Source of the DNA: Amoebophrya sp. A120
Taxonomy: Eukaryota > Protista > Dinoflagellata
Assembly: GCA_905178155.1 (NCBI GenBank)
Contig: CAJINV010000002.1
Coordinates: 8,203,224-8,267,223, forward strand
Length of the DNA: 64,000 bases
Direction of reading: 5' to 3'
The position numbers were made by a program, and so were the translations under genes. The notes under the pieces were generated by a model, which was not told where the DNA came from, searched no databases, and was given only the letters and a program-made list of their open reading frames with translations. Below, in pieces: positions 1-12,120 of this stretch; the stretch's first letter is position 1; each line of letters starts with the position of its first letter.

Positions 1-661
1 CTGTATACACGGGCATCAAGAACAAGAATCTTCCACCACCAAGCTCGGAAGATGAAAAGATGGAGCGTCGTCGCTTTGTTCCCATTGATTGTTCCCAAGT
101 GATTTTCAGTTGCGTGGCTTCTATTCTTCTATTGCTTCGCACTGACGAGGACGAGTGTGCTGAAGTCGTTGTGGCTCTCGAGGAGCACTGCGTTGTGCGC
201 CTGTAAAGACCACAGCAGCGTACAAATAAAGGACGAGTAGTCTGGCGCCGTGTCCTTGCCCCGGCTGGGTCCGCGTGCCGACGACCGGGCTGGATGCAAA
301 CAAGAGAAAGAGAAAGAGCGAGAGGAGCAGCTATAATTTTACTCAGTACTAGAGGCAGATAGATTTTAGACAAAAGTGAACGCTCTGTCTGCTGATCGAC
401 GATCAACAATTTGAACAGAACAACTGCTGTATTTAAATGTCGAGAAGCACAGAGTACTTACAGCTTGTCTGCGTGTTTTCAAGTAATTTATTGCGAGCGC
501 TTTTTCATACGGCCGTGTTGGTACAGCTTTTACAAATGTCTTAATGTGTCCTCGGACAACATCAAGAAAAAGAATCGCGGTGTCACGATAGCATTGACCC
601 CTCTCGGCGTCCGACCGTGAAAACAAGATTGCCTCGGATTCGTCGAAAAACAGAATCGAAG

Positions 662-3600
662 ATGCCGAAAATCGCCCTCACCCGCGAGGACGGTCTGAAT
701 GACCAACTCGAGCAGGCCGTTCGAGCGCACTACATGAAGCACGTGTCGGTGTTCGATGACCACATTTCGTATGAGGAGCTCCCGGGTGTCGAGCAGATCA
801 AGGGCCCGGACTTCCAGCGGCTGGCCCGGCTCTGGGATAAGGAAGAGTTCGACTGCTGCTGCCTGCTTGGGACGGAAGCGGCCAAGATCTACGTGGACCA
901 GTGCAAGCACTTCGACTACGCGAAGTTGGTGTGCGTGGGCAAGGGCACACTGGAAGTCTTGCAGAAGGAGAGGAGGAGCAGCAACGTGGTGACGCTGCCG
1001 GACAAGGCCACCGCCGACGGCACCGGGTTAGCGGACCACTTGCCCCTGGCAGTCGGCACCCGCCTGCTGCTGCTCTGTTCGGTGCAGCAGAAAGACGAAT
1101 GTACTTCTTATTCTTGAAGATGTGACGAGGTCCGATAGTTGCTTCGGAATATTATTCGGAGGACGAGCGCTATCTAGAGAGATCACTTTGTACTTCAGGG
1201 TGAGGAAGTGCAGCTTTTTGTTGATGCTGAATAACATAGAAAGGTGCCGTTCTACTTCGCAATCATTTGTTTACATCGTGAACAAGTAGAAGAGTTTACA
1301 CACACTACAGGCAAATCCACTTTAGAGCAGCGGGGTTTCGAGACCACGGTGTTTCAGGTGTATTCCACCCATATCAAATGCAAAAGTGTCTGGGTCTGGA
1401 AGAATAATGCTGTTTTTGCATGACACAGAAGGTCTGGCATGGAAGCTCCAGCATCACAGGTTTGGAGAAGCGTTCACAATGCCGAATCCGCATGACAAAC
1501 CCCTGACTTTTGTGACAGAAAGCGGGCAACTTTTGCTGCCTATGCATGAGAGATTTTTCTGTGTTCTGAAATGCGCATCACAAGTTTGCACTCTTCCAGA
1601 CCCAGACATTTTTGCATTTGATAACCCAGCCCCGCACGGAGCCCCCGACGACCTTCGACTTTTCGAAAGTGGACATCTGGACCTTCGGCAGCGCCTCGGC
1701 CGTGAAGGGCGTCGCGCAATGGAAGACGGCCAACGTGAAGGTCGCGATTTGCGTGAACCTGACCACCGCGAAAACGGCACAACAGCTGCTGCCCGCGAAA
1801 CTGGAGGACGGCAGCGAACTGAAGATCGAGTGTGCGGACAAATCCGGTGTGAAATCCTGGGCCGCGAAGGTGGTGGACTTCCTGAAAAATGGGCCGAGCA
1901 AAGAACAGAAGGACTTCGCGGCCGAGAAGGACAAAGAAGCAGCAGACCACCACCTCCCGGCGAAGAGTAGCGGAGCAGCGACGAGTAAAGCAAGCGCAAC
2001 GACGCCGAACAAAGAGAAGAAGGATATGGCATTCTCAAACATTTGTGTTGAATCATCGCTGTATTTTTACGCAGAATCTGAATCACTCTTCACTTCTAAC
2101 ACGAGGACCCTCCACACGATCCAACTGCTTCTATGCATGACAAGTTCTTGACGCGCTAGAGTAGAGCATGGAACGAATCCGCAATCTCAATCTGTAAAGC
2201 AAGACGCGCAATCGCAAAAATAAAAACCCTTTCACGACCTACTATTTTGCCGTGCGGTGCTTGCAATACAAAATCATGTGCCCTATGGGTCGCGTTTGTG
2301 GTTTCGGTCGGTTTAGCATTACAAAATCATGTAACAGCGATCAACGTAATTTTTGAGAACGTCATCAGCGATGTTCTACTCGCGGGAACAAGCTCCTCCT
2401 CCTCTTCGAGGCCGGGGACCGCGGGAGCCAGGGGGTATGAACTGCAAAAATATCGTACCCGTATAAATGCATTACAAATTTCCTCAGCGTGAGAACTGGA
2501 ATTTGTCATGCTTTTTTACTTTAAGGCCAAGATTTGTAATGCATAAAAGCAATTAGTACGAGTGCGATACTTTTGCAATTCATAGGGGTAGTCCCGGGAC
2601 GAAACGCGGGCAGTACGAGGACCCGCTGGCCGCGTTTTTGGCGTCGACCGGCAGTGGATCCTCAGCTTCGAAATCGAAGGCGGCATCTGCGGAGAAGAAA
2701 GTAGATCCCCTGGGGAACTTGACCTTCGGCGGCGAGAGCGCGTCCGCGAAGAAGAAATTGGTAAGCGCTGATCATGGCGCCGCTGCGACAGGAGCTGGCG
2801 TGGCGGAAGCAAAGCCGGCGACAACGAGTACTTCTACGCCCGGAGCAGGAAATAAAGCTACGGCTGCACTAGAAAGCGGCGCTCCTGAGATAACTTCTGC
2901 CGCAGCAAAAATACAAGACTCCACAACCGTGGGACTATCCACCGCTGGCGGAGAGGACATAAGCAGTAAAAAGCCATCGCTGGGGGCGGAAAAGCAGGCC
3001 ATTCCGGAAAAGCCGCCGGAGCAATCAGTTGCGGGGCAATTAGCCCAATCTTCTGGTGCAGCGGCTTCATCTTCACAACAGTTCTCCTTTTTCTTTCCTA
3101 CGGGTCCGAAGGCTGCAGCGCCCGTCGCAGCGGTGCCGGAGCAGATCGTGGAGGAAGCCATCGTGGATGACCGCAGTCGGGCAAGCACCAAGGAGCCTGC
3201 CGTGGAAGGTGGCAGAGGTGGAATCGCTGGGGGAACCACACCGGCGAAGGCAAAAAGCAAGGCGAAAGCTCCTGGCACGGCAGCGAGCTCCAGTACTGCA
3301 GCCGGACGAGCTGTTGCATCATCATCTTCGAGACCAGCTTCCGCGTCAACAAGGCCTTCCAGCAGTTCTGCGTCGAATCACGCCAGGAACCTCCAAACTG
3401 CGAACAAACAAGCAGGGGCGGCCAAGGCAAAGGCAGCGAGCACTACTCCACCTGCGTACAAGATGATTTCGAGCGAAACGATATCCTGAGTAAAAACGTC
3501 CCCACACCATAGTCAAGATGGGGATTTTGCAACGCAAACCTAGGAGTTTTGGGAGTCACGCATGACAAGTTTCAGTCCGTAAGGTAGTGCAAGTTAGCAA

Positions 3601-5299
3601 GGAAAGCCGCATCACAAATCGACCTGCTGATCCTGTTCACAGCATCACAAATTCCAAAACACGACTGGAAATGGTTCTCATGGGGATGCGCATCACAAAT
3701 GTCTTTGTCATTGCAAATCTGCATTACAACTCTGGTGTGGGTACGTTTTTACACAGGATAAACGAGCAGGACGGCAAACGTGAAAGACAAGTCGATAGCA
3801 GACCTGGCAGCCGGGAAAAACAAAGCTGCAACTACGTCGTCTTCCATATGGCGTTCTCAAGCGTTCCATTCTCAACTGTTACATGAATTTGTGATGCAAG
3901 AATAGGAGAAGCAAAAGAAGGGAGCTTGCACCTCTCGCATTACAAATTTGGCACAGATTTTAGTGCTGTTTAGCCCTTCTAAAATTTGTCATGCGAAGTA
4001 GCTTCATCGTATGGATGCTGATGCGCATTTTGCATGACAAATCATGTAACAGTTGAGAGTGTAACGTTTGAGAGCTCCATATTCCACCTCCGCGAAAGCC
4101 AGCCGGCCGCTCACTCCGGCCTCCGGGAAAGGAGCAAGAACGCGCGCGGCGCCATCGGCGACCGCTGCTAGCGGCTCCACCGGTGCTGGAAAAGCATCTT
4201 CGAGTGCAACTAGTACGGGCACAAGGAGTGCTGCCGGAGCGGGCGGCTCCGGGGCGGATCTGGGAGGAGGTTTGCCCCTACTACTGTTGTTGCAGAATAG
4301 AGAAATTAGAATTACGAAATGCGAAACCGAATTTCATGTACCTGTAGAAGTATGGTGATGGTGGCGTGCTGAGATGCAGATGCTATCTTTCTTTGAGTAA
4401 ACCTACCTACCTGTTATCAACACTATAAACTTATGAAAAATCGACACTTCCCCAGCTCAACAACATCACGCTGGAGCTGGAGGACCCGGTCACTCCGGTC
4501 CGACGTGGCAGGAAGTGAACCAGCTCTGGGAGGTGATTGGTAAATGGGAGTCGAGTTTTTCCGACCTCAAGAAGCTGCACGAAACGGAGGTTGGGGATTT
4601 GAAAAAGCAGCTGCAGCTTGCGTTGAGCGGCGACGGAGACTTTTTGGGTAGGAACATGAACGGCGACGAGCTCGGCAGCCCCAGTCGCGTGGACCGAGGT
4701 GGGCGGCTGCTAGAGAAAAGCGGCGCGGCTTTCGGAGCGTCCGTGCTGGACCAAAAGGCCGACGATGTGCTGGTGTCGAGCTCGTTTGCCACGTTGGACG
4801 CCGCGATATGAGAGTGCACATCTCTCCCTTTCCCTCATGTGTGACGCAACGCGCCAAACTCTTTTAAGCCTGTCTCTGCATGACAATTTCAGGAGGGCCA
4901 AACACAAACTGCACTCCAGTCCAGGCCTGGATTTGTCATGCAGAGGCTGCAGCATTTCCATGTGGATTTGCATTTTCGTTTTCCAGGCGCTATGTAAAAA
5001 TGGTAGAAATTATGCCCCCTCAAATGGGAGAGAGGGGAAGTTTGCTTCCATACGCGAAGGACGAGTACCAAAAACTTCGCCGGGAGTACGAGGAGTTCAG
5101 GAAAGCGAAGTTCGTGGAAATCGAGTTGCTGCACAACAAACTCGCGACCGGAGGTGGAGGCGTGGGTGGGATTGCTGGTACTAGTGCAACTACATCTTTG
5201 ATACCCACACAGCACGCGGCCGAAGTCGCGCAACTCCGAGCGGAAAACGCGCAGTTGGTGAAACAGGTAGAGTACTTCACACTCTATGCGACGGTCTGA
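662..5299 (+). CDS. hemD: Uroporphyrinogen-III synthase (HemD) domain plus a long low-complexity/coiled-coil tail; multi-exon, about 926 aa if it ends at 5299
   Basis: Motifs: IALTREDGLN, VCVGKGT, PDKATA, TLEQRGFETTVFQVYST, FGSASAV. Inferred exons: 662-1100, 1311-1371, 1629-2024, 2372-2435, 2590-3481, 3766-3846, 4087-4269, 4456-4806, 4986-5299. They total 2781 nt and join in frame. GT-AG introns at 1101-1310 and 4270-4455; the other six are TIR elements. The 3' end is uncertain (possible donor at 5267). Confidence 0.8.
1372..1623. mobile_element. Introner-like TIR element, family A (reverse orientation)
   Basis: 32-bp TIR tatcaaatgcaaaagtgtctgggtctggaaga / tcttccagacccagacatttttgcatttgata. 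TSD ACCCA at 1367-1371 and 1624-1628. Removal gives VYSTQPRTE in frame. Confidence 0.95.
2025..2366. mobile_element. Degenerate introner-like element, family B-like
   Basis: Ends tatggcattctcaaa ... tttgagaacgtcatc. Decayed TSD AAGGA/AGCGA. Internal gcatgacaag and gcattacaaa. Removal gives KKDVLLAG in frame. Confidence 0.7.
2436..2584. mobile_element. Introner-like TIR element, family C
   Basis: TIR tatgaactgcaaaaatatcgtacccgta / tacgagtgcgatacttttgcaattcata. TSD GGGGG/GGGGT. Removal gives ARGSPGTK in frame. Confidence 0.9.
3482..3760. mobile_element. Introner-like TIR element, family D
   Basis: TIR tatcctgagtaaaaacgtccccacacca / tggtgtgggtacgtttttacacaggata. TSD AACGA at 3477-3481 and 3761-3765. 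Removal gives SETSRTAN in frame. Confidence 0.95.
3847..4081. mobile_element. Introner-like TIR element, family B (235 bp)
   Basis: About 40-bp TIR tatggcgttctcaa...ctcaactgttacatga / tcatgtaacagttgag...ttgagagctccata. TSD TTCCA. Removal gives TSSSTSAK. Same length as, and similar to, 29403-29637. Confidence 0.95.
4807..4980. mobile_element. Strongly decayed introner-like element
   Basis: Starts tatgagagtgcacatc with a weak partner gatttgcattttcgtt. Internal tgcatgacaat ... atttgtcatgca. Removing 4807-4985 gives DAARRYVK in frame. TSD is no longer recognisable. Confidence 0.55.
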
Positions 5300-6047
5300 G
5301 AAACAAAGGCAGGAAAGAACGCGGAGAAGAACAAGGTGCCGCAGCGATGAGTAGTGGCTCTCGAAAGTCGTGCTGTCCTCTCTTCTTGTCTCCTCCACGC
5401 GTTGCTGTCTTTCGCGGTACATTATCATTGCGATGCACTCCTCATCGCTGCTCGAAAACTCATACACAGCGCTGAATAAAGCAACAAAAGCAAAAGAAAT
5501 GCCGGAGAGGTTTTGATACCTCTTTGGTCCGATGCTTTGCAACGCAGTAAGAGTTCGCTCTTGACATACAAAAATTTCTGATCACATAATTCATAACCGG
5601 AGCTGTTCTGAAGAAGGTGGAGCCAAGAACGTCGCAACGAGCTACATTCGGTCCTCCTACTAGTTCAGGAGAAGTTATTGTCAGTCGTTCGATTAACTGG
5701 TCAATCGCATGCTACCTTGCACAATACCAATACCACTTCGGTGTTTTTTATCGTGTTCGTATGGAGCAGAATCTGCAAGTCGCAAGTCGTTGATGCCCAA
5801 AATGCCACGAGACGCTAAAAGAAGCTCGTGACTTTGTGATTTTGACCCGACCAGGATCCATTCGGAAGTGATGGCAGAACGTATAAGTCTTACGTTGTAA
5901 CCGTGAAAAATTCTTGCCGCTTATTTTCGTGAGCCTCCGAAATTCCTTGTTATTTCCGGGTCATTCATAGAAAAACAGAAAGACAAAGAAAATAAACGAC
6001 AACCCAAACGACTCCAGACCCGGAAAAACTTTCGCTACTTATCTATC

Positions 6048-7898
6048 ATGTCCACTGCAACTACGGCGATTCGTAGCAAGCAGTGGCGCTCGTCTTTGCG
6101 CCGCACAACTGCAGCAGGACACCATACAACTTCGTCGCCTTTACCGAACCCGTGGAAGCTGAATGTCGATTTCAAGGTCGTGACCCGGGAATCCGGGGCG
6201 ACCCGAACCGACATCCCGATTTTTACCGCACGGAAAAACGCGATCGCAATGGAGAAGAGCGACGACCGCAACGAGGAAGTTCGGCGGGAGTTCGTGCCGG
6301 GCGCGCCCGGGGTCTTTCTGTTGTCAAATTTGTTGTCCGACCACGAGTGTGAGCAGCTGGTCGCGCTGTCCGAGCAGATGGGCTACTGCGAGGATGCGCC
6401 GGTGAGCTTGTCCCGGGAGATTCGGCAGAACGACAACTGCGTCTGGATCGCGGACCAGGAGAGCTTAAATCGCGTGATTTTCGACCGCTGCAAGCACTTA
6501 CTGCCAGAATACAGTGTGACGACAAGTGGGCCGGCGCGCGGTCCGCAGAAAGACGACCCAATGTGGAGAAGCCGAGAGTTTTACGGCGAAAATTCTAGTG
6601 CAAAGGAGCAAGCAGATCCCGATAATGAAGATGAGAACTACCTCGTCGAACCAAGCAAGAAACTGCTAAAGATCGGTCCGGTTACGGGGCTTAACCAACG
6701 CTGGCGACTTTATCGGTACAACACAAAGGACATTTTTCGGCCGCACACCGACGGCTCTTGGCCCGGGTCGGCGCTTTCGAGTGCAGACTTCGAGCGGGAT
6801 GACCAGACGCTGGTACAGGATTTTTACCATGGGCGACAGCATTCCCTGCTGACGTTTTTGATGTATTTGAACGACGACTGCGAGGGCGGAGAAACCACGT
6901 TCTACTACGACAGCAGCGACTCGTTGTACCGGGACGTTCTCCTGAACAGCAGTTCGCTTTCTCTTGCTTCTGGGATGACAATGCAAGAGGACCCAACTCT
7001 GAAGAGTTTGAACGAAGAGGAAGCAGAGCTTCAAGCTGAGCTGCAAGCGGAAGCCGCTGGTAGTAGTACAGCCGCAACTTCTACTTCTCTAGGGACTCCA
7101 AGCGCGGCCGGAAGTAGTGGGACAACCAGCACGTCCTCGCGGACAAAACTGGTGAGAATTTCGGTGAAGCCGAAAAAGGGCGCCGCGCTGGTTTTCTGGC
7201 ACGGGCAGCACCCGCTGTCACCGTTGCACGAGGGGTCGCGGGTGGAAACGGGGAGGAAGTACGTGATCCGGACAGACGTGCTGTACTCGACGGTGGGCGA
7301 CGGTTCCGCAGCAGCGATGAGCCATTGGCCGCAATTTTTCCAGAAGCACGGCCGCACGCAGTCCATCGCGGAGAAGGCCACGCGCGTCCTGCACGCGATC
7401 TCTTCCTCGCAGAAGGCGGTGGGAAACCAACCCCGGATCGGAAATTTGTCCGCTCCGGACTCGCGGATCAACCAGAGAGTCTGCCTGCTCCTCTTTCTCG
7501 ACGACGCGGAAATCGATCCCGCGGAGAAGCAACGCCTGGCGATGTTGGTTGCCGAATATTCGCAGCAATTTGCGGATGACGAGGAGGACGGGTCCTCGTC
7601 GTGTTCTTACCCGGTGTACTGTGCGGTCAGCAGTCAGGGGGCGGTTGGGCAGATACGAGAGTTGATCTCGTCGGGAAATAAAGACGATACAGGTAGTAGT
7701 GCAACAGCCACAAAAAGTGCTGATTCTTTACTCCGCTTTGCCCTGCTCGACATACCGAATGCGCGGTGCGGAATATGCACGACGAAAGAGCCATTTCAGT
7801 CCTGCCAGGAGTTGCAGAAGTGGCTCACTGACTGCAGAAACGCGTTCGAGACAGACGTGAACCGCACAGAACGTGTTGAGGTGCGAAAACTTCAATGA
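6048..7898 (+). CDS. 2OG-Fe(II) oxygenase, prolyl 4-hydroxylase-like, with a C-terminal extension
   Basis: Motifs: FRPHTDG (HxD), LTFLMYLNDDCEGGET, PKKGAALVF, PLHEG, GRKYVIRTDV. Confidence 0.9.
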   Translation: MSTATTAIRSKQWRSSLRRTTAAGHHTTSSPLPNPWKLNVDFKVVTRESGATRTDIPIFTARKNAIAMEKSDDRNEEVRREFVPGAPGVFLLSNLLSDHECEQLVALSEQMGYCEDAPVSLSREIRQNDNCVWIADQESLNRVIFDRCKHLLPEYSVTTSGPARGPQKDDPMWRSREFYGENSSAKEQADPDNEDENYLVEPSKKLLKIGPVTGLNQRWRLYRYNTKDIFRPHTDGSWPGSALSSADFERDDQTLVQDFYHGRQHSLLTFLMYLNDDCEGGETTFYYDSSDSLYRDVLLNSSSLSLASGMTMQEDPTLKSLNEEEAELQAELQAEAAGSSTAATSTSLGTPSAAGSSGTTSTSSRTKLVRISVKPKKGAALVFWHGQHPLSPLHEGSRVETGRKYVIRTDVLYSTVGDGSAAAMSHWPQFFQKHGRTQSIAEKATRVLHAISSSQKAVGNQPRIGNLSAPDSRINQRVCLLLFLDDAEIDPAEKQRLAMLVAEYSQQFADDEEDGSSSCSYPVYCAVSSQGAVGQIRELISSGNKDDTGSSATATKSADSLLRFALLDIPNARCGICTTKEPFQSCQELQKWLTDCRNAFETDVNRTERVEVRKLQ

Positions 7899-8357
7899 TA
7901 CAGGATCATGCGAGGAGCGTGGCTCCGGAAAAATTGCTTCGTTTCGACGAGGACCAAGGCATCTGCCTTTGTACTTAAGTATGTGTATGCCTCGTTGATG
8001 AGGTGCAAAAAATTCAGGATGATAAAAAGGCTTGCACTTCCAGTGATGTGTTCCACCAACGTTTTCCAAGTTCATACCTATGAACAGGCTTATTATTGCC
8101 TCCTGATCTTTGATCCGGATCCTGGCTGTGGCTGAGAGATCGATTTGTTTCTCCGAATTGATATTCTTCCGTTTGTGAGAGAGAGCGCAAAACCGGCTGC
8201 AACGCTCAGCGTCAGCCCGACAGAGGATCGTCCCGAGAGGCTCAACGCAGCACCATAGAGCCGCAGTTTTTCTTTCTGTTTCGCTAGCTACTTGAACAGA
8301 TTATGTTTCCACCTAGTATCCCGCAGAAGTCAAGAACAGCGTCGTGAGTGTCGAATT

Positions 8358-10814
8358 ATGACGAAGAACCCGTTTGCCGAGGTGGACCGGCTGCGGGACC
8401 AGGTTCTGGAGGCCCGGCAGCGCAAGGACGTTACACTGCTTGTGGACTCGCTGACCGACCGCGTGCCACCAGCTGTCGACGCGGTGTACCGGCATTTGGA
8501 AGGCTGCAAAAAGCGTATGAACACCAGCCACCTGCTGCTCGGGCAGCACCAGCAGCCCAGCCTGCATCTTCATCAAAGCGGGAAAAGTATTAACAAGTTT
8601 GGCGGCGGTGGTGCAACTTCGAGCTCGTCCTCGTCTGGATCAGCACCAGCAGGATTGTCTTCACCTTTCGTCTCTTCGCACGGCCAGTACGAACAGCCTG
8701 TGGATGTATCGACCATGAAGAGTTTGGATCTGGTACTGGAAAAGCTGGAGAGGGACATCCGGTTTTTGTTTCAGTTTTTGTTCGAGCAAAACCAATTCGC
8801 GCTCGATCAAGACCACGCGGCAAGCAGTGTAGTAGTAACTCCTTCTGGTGGACAACAAGAGCCACAGCATGTTCTTGCTTCAAGCTCTGGTGTAGTTTCT
8901 GGGTCTGGCTCTTCGAAAGCAGCTGCGAGGATTGGCTCCTCATCTAGGAGCTGCGGTGGGAATGATCATTCCGGGTCGTCTTTGTCTGCTGTGGCTGGTA
9001 CAGCAAATACCTATGCGGATTTCTCGCAGGATGTCCGCAGTTGGAAACAGAAGAATTTTGCTGTGCAACAAAATGCACCCTCTGGCGTTGCTTTTTCTGC
9101 TGGTACATCGCAAGCACCGCAGCAGCAATTCCACGGCCAGGTAGTGGACGATCACACGACGGCCGCGCAAAGTGCGTTTAATACTTCTCTAGCGCCGCAG
9201 AAGTTTCTGCTACTCAGGCATTTACAGTCGTACCGAGACAAAGTGCTCTCCGTGTTGCTGTATGCCAAGCTGTACGAGCAGGCGGTGTTGTTGTTTGACC
9301 TGAAGGTCGAGCAGCAGTGGGTCGACCCCGTCATGCACGGGTTGCAACAGAAAATCCTGTCCTACAAAAACAAGCACGGCGTCGTTTTAGACAAACTGAG
9401 GATCCGGTGTGACAACGCGGAGGGCGCTTCTGCTTCGGCATCTCCACCTTCTTCAGGGAGGAGCAACAATTCATCGTCCCTTCATATCAACATAGCTGCG
9501 GACTGTAGTGTGTCTCTTCCCTCATTCCTGCAGCATTGTGCGACTGCAGGAAATAATGCCGCCGGTAAAGATAACTTCAGCAGTGGGGCGATGTTCAGTT
9601 GTACTCCGGCTGCACGCGGCGGTGCCACAGCTTCAGGCGACATCTACGACGACGAGAATCATTCTGAGGAACATCATCCAGCAGAAGAAAGCTCCTTCGA
9701 GCTGCACACCGAAGACAAGAGTTTGAACGCAACGATGAACAGTACTGCTAAACTGGTGAACAACTACAGCAAAACAGAGATGAAACCGCAGATGATGAAC
9801 AAAATGAGAATTATGAATTCTTCGACAAAGCTCCCCGAGTTTCCTTCGTTTCTGGTGTCTCTTCTGAAGCAGTGCGCCTTACTGGACAAGAAGCTGCGCA
9901 CCGAGCATCTGGGCAACACCACCATGTCGTTCGATAGGCACACGAGCATCGCCGCCGCCGACCTGCGGAAGGAGGCGGCGTTTTTCTTCCAAAAGGCCGA
10001 AAAGTTGGAGCTGGAACTTCAGGACTTGAAGGCGCGAAGGCTCCTGGTCAATGGCGGAGGTGGAGCAGGAGCATCTCCGACCCGTGCTGGCGCGGTGTTA
10101 TTGAGTGGAATTGCAACGACGTCTGCATCAAGAAGTCCTCATGCTGGCAGTGGTACAACAAGAAATAACACTAACCAGACCACCCAACGAGGAGGCCGCT
10201 TCCAGCCGCTAAGTAATAGTGCAAAAGGTCTATCACAACCACCAAAAAATGATGAAATGCAAAGGGAGCTGCCTCTGCCCCCGGATACTGAAGGGCATCT
10301 TGGACGAGAATTGTCTTCTGGTTTCGATCATCTGCCGGATACTATGAACCAGGCGAGCACCAGGGAAAACAAATTCGCTGCTGCGATTGAGAAATCAGAA
10401 CTACAGCAGCAGATCGCGGACCTGCAGCAGAAAAACAACGAGCTGACCGTGAAAAGCAACAACTTCCGGCAAGCGAATGCGGTGCTGGAGGAGAAGGTGG
10501 ACTTCGTGTACCAGCTGAAGGACGCGATTGAGCACTCGCAAGGCAAACTGGACTCCATCTTGCAAGACACGTCGCTCCTGGCCAAGGTGTTTCGCAATTG
10601 CGTGGAGGAGAGCAAGGAACTGAAAAAGTGCCTGCTCGACCTGGAGGTGAAGTTTACGCAGTCGGAACAGGAAAAGTCGCGGCTGCAGGAAAAGAACCAC
10701 AAGCTGGAAGGCGACCTGGCTTACCAAAAAGCACTGCTGTTCCGCATCACGGCGGCGAAGCTTTCGGGAGACCAGCCGCAGGTGCGGGGTCGATGCAGCG
10801 AGCAGGGGTCGTAG
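8358..10814 (+). CDS. Hypothetical coiled-coil, low-complexity protein (3' end may be spliced)
   Basis: About 818-codon ORF with a heptad-rich C-terminus. Possible donor cag|gtgcgg near 10782. Confidence 0.7.
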   Translation: MTKNPFAEVDRLRDQVLEARQRKDVTLLVDSLTDRVPPAVDAVYRHLEGCKKRMNTSHLLLGQHQQPSLHLHQSGKSINKFGGGGATSSSSSSGSAPAGLSSPFVSSHGQYEQPVDVSTMKSLDLVLEKLERDIRFLFQFLFEQNQFALDQDHAASSVVVTPSGGQQEPQHVLASSSGVVSGSGSSKAAARIGSSSRSCGGNDHSGSSLSAVAGTANTYADFSQDVRSWKQKNFAVQQNAPSGVAFSAGTSQAPQQQFHGQVVDDHTTAAQSAFNTSLAPQKFLLLRHLQSYRDKVLSVLLYAKLYEQAVLLFDLKVEQQWVDPVMHGLQQKILSYKNKHGVVLDKLRIRCDNAEGASASASPPSSGRSNNSSSLHINIAADCSVSLPSFLQHCATAGNNAAGKDNFSSGAMFSCTPAARGGATASGDIYDDENHSEEHHPAEESSFELHTEDKSLNATMNSTAKLVNNYSKTEMKPQMMNKMRIMNSSTKLPEFPSFLVSLLKQCALLDKKLRTEHLGNTTMSFDRHTSIAAADLRKEAAFFFQKAEKLELELQDLKARRLLVNGGGGAGASPTRAGAVLLSGIATTSASRSPHAGSGTTRNNTNQTTQRGGRFQPLSNSAKGLSQPPKNDEMQRELPLPPDTEGHLGRELSSGFDHLPDTMNQASTRENKFAAAIEKSELQQQIADLQQKNNELTVKSNNFRQANAVLEEKVDFVYQLKDAIEHSQGKLDSILQDTSLLAKVFRNCVEESKELKKCLLDLEVKFTQSEQEKSRLQEKNHKLEGDLAYQKALLFRITAAKLSGDQPQVRGRCSEQGS

Positions 10815-12120
10815 CTAGGAGCTCACTTTTGACGACCACGGAGGGGTTCGTTGTGATCCACCGAACTCATCATCTCCAGCTTGTGCCTCATGCCGTTTTC
10901 CTTGCAAAAAGGGATGCAGCATGTGACTGGCAGGAGCGGTGTGTAAGTGCAAAACTTACCTGCAAGAAGTTGTTGAACCGGAGGTAAAAAACGCGATGAA
11001 AGTCAAGTACCTTCTAGATGTGTTTCTATGCATCAATTCCTGTTCTTTCAGTTGATGATTTTGCATCTGAAAACAAGCATAAAGTTTTTGCCTGAAGCGA
11101 CTTGAGGATTTCTGGTGGTGCAGTCGTGACAAAAGAAGCATAAAAAGCACCCTGAATGTCCTGTTCTTGATTATTACAAATAAAATCCACCTTGTTATTT
11201 ATTCGATCTCCAACGGTAGGGAAAGCTTCGGTGATTGAGCGAGGTTGTGGGATGCCTAAGTCCTCCGAAAAAAAAAAATTATCGAGTTCCAAAATTTCTG
11301 AAGTGCAGGATCCACATATCGAATTCGCCAGAAATTCCAATGCAAATCGGTTTTCACCACTTGGAAGTATAAGATCGAAGTCAGTTGATCGGTGGTGTTT
11401 TCATTGCTAGGGAGGCGCAATGATTGGTACCAGCAATGCCTTGCTTTCATGTGCTTGTAACCGATCTGGATCTTCATGTTGCAGCCAGGACCCTAATCAT
11501 ATAGAAACTTCCAACAGCAAAGGCACACAAATTTCAATTATTACGCTATCAAGCGCACAAAAAGCGAATCTTAACCCACTGAACAACAATTTTTGGAAGA
11601 ACAACTCCCTCGTTCTTTTTGAAAACATCAACCCCAACCTGTTATTTCATTGCATTGATTGCCACCAAAAGCCGACGTTCGTGCAATTTTTTGCTAGCTA
11701 ATTGTACTTGTCTTGTGATAAACATAAACCCTCAGACTCAAACTGAATTTGTTCAAGCAAGTACAACATCGCCCTTGTAGTTGCAAACCCAGAAACTTTC
11801 TGACAAGAAAGGTCGATCATTCTTGCTTTAGCTGCAAAGACAAAAAAGACCACAAGCCCATATTATTTGTCTGATCTGGTCCCGCCTAGAATTTGTTTTA
11901 TTTCGACCAGTTGCATACTAACTTACGAATTGTAGCATTTTTTTTAGGTGCGATATCTTTGGATTGCTCATAAGAATGAAAATGCAGAGAAGTCTCGGCT
12001 GCAACACTATCGTCGGCCGCCGCGCCGCGAGCCTTGCTCTCCTTGCGGTGTGGTCGTCCTCCGTGGAGGTGTGCGAGGGTGTGCTTAAGGCGCTTCAAAG
12101 AAGTGATAGGATTGTCGATG

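Noticed and set aside
1578-2042. Recurring peptides KMSGSGR / LPDPDIF, MAFSTVT and YELQKYRTR as a protein family
   Set aside because: They are translations of the TIRs.
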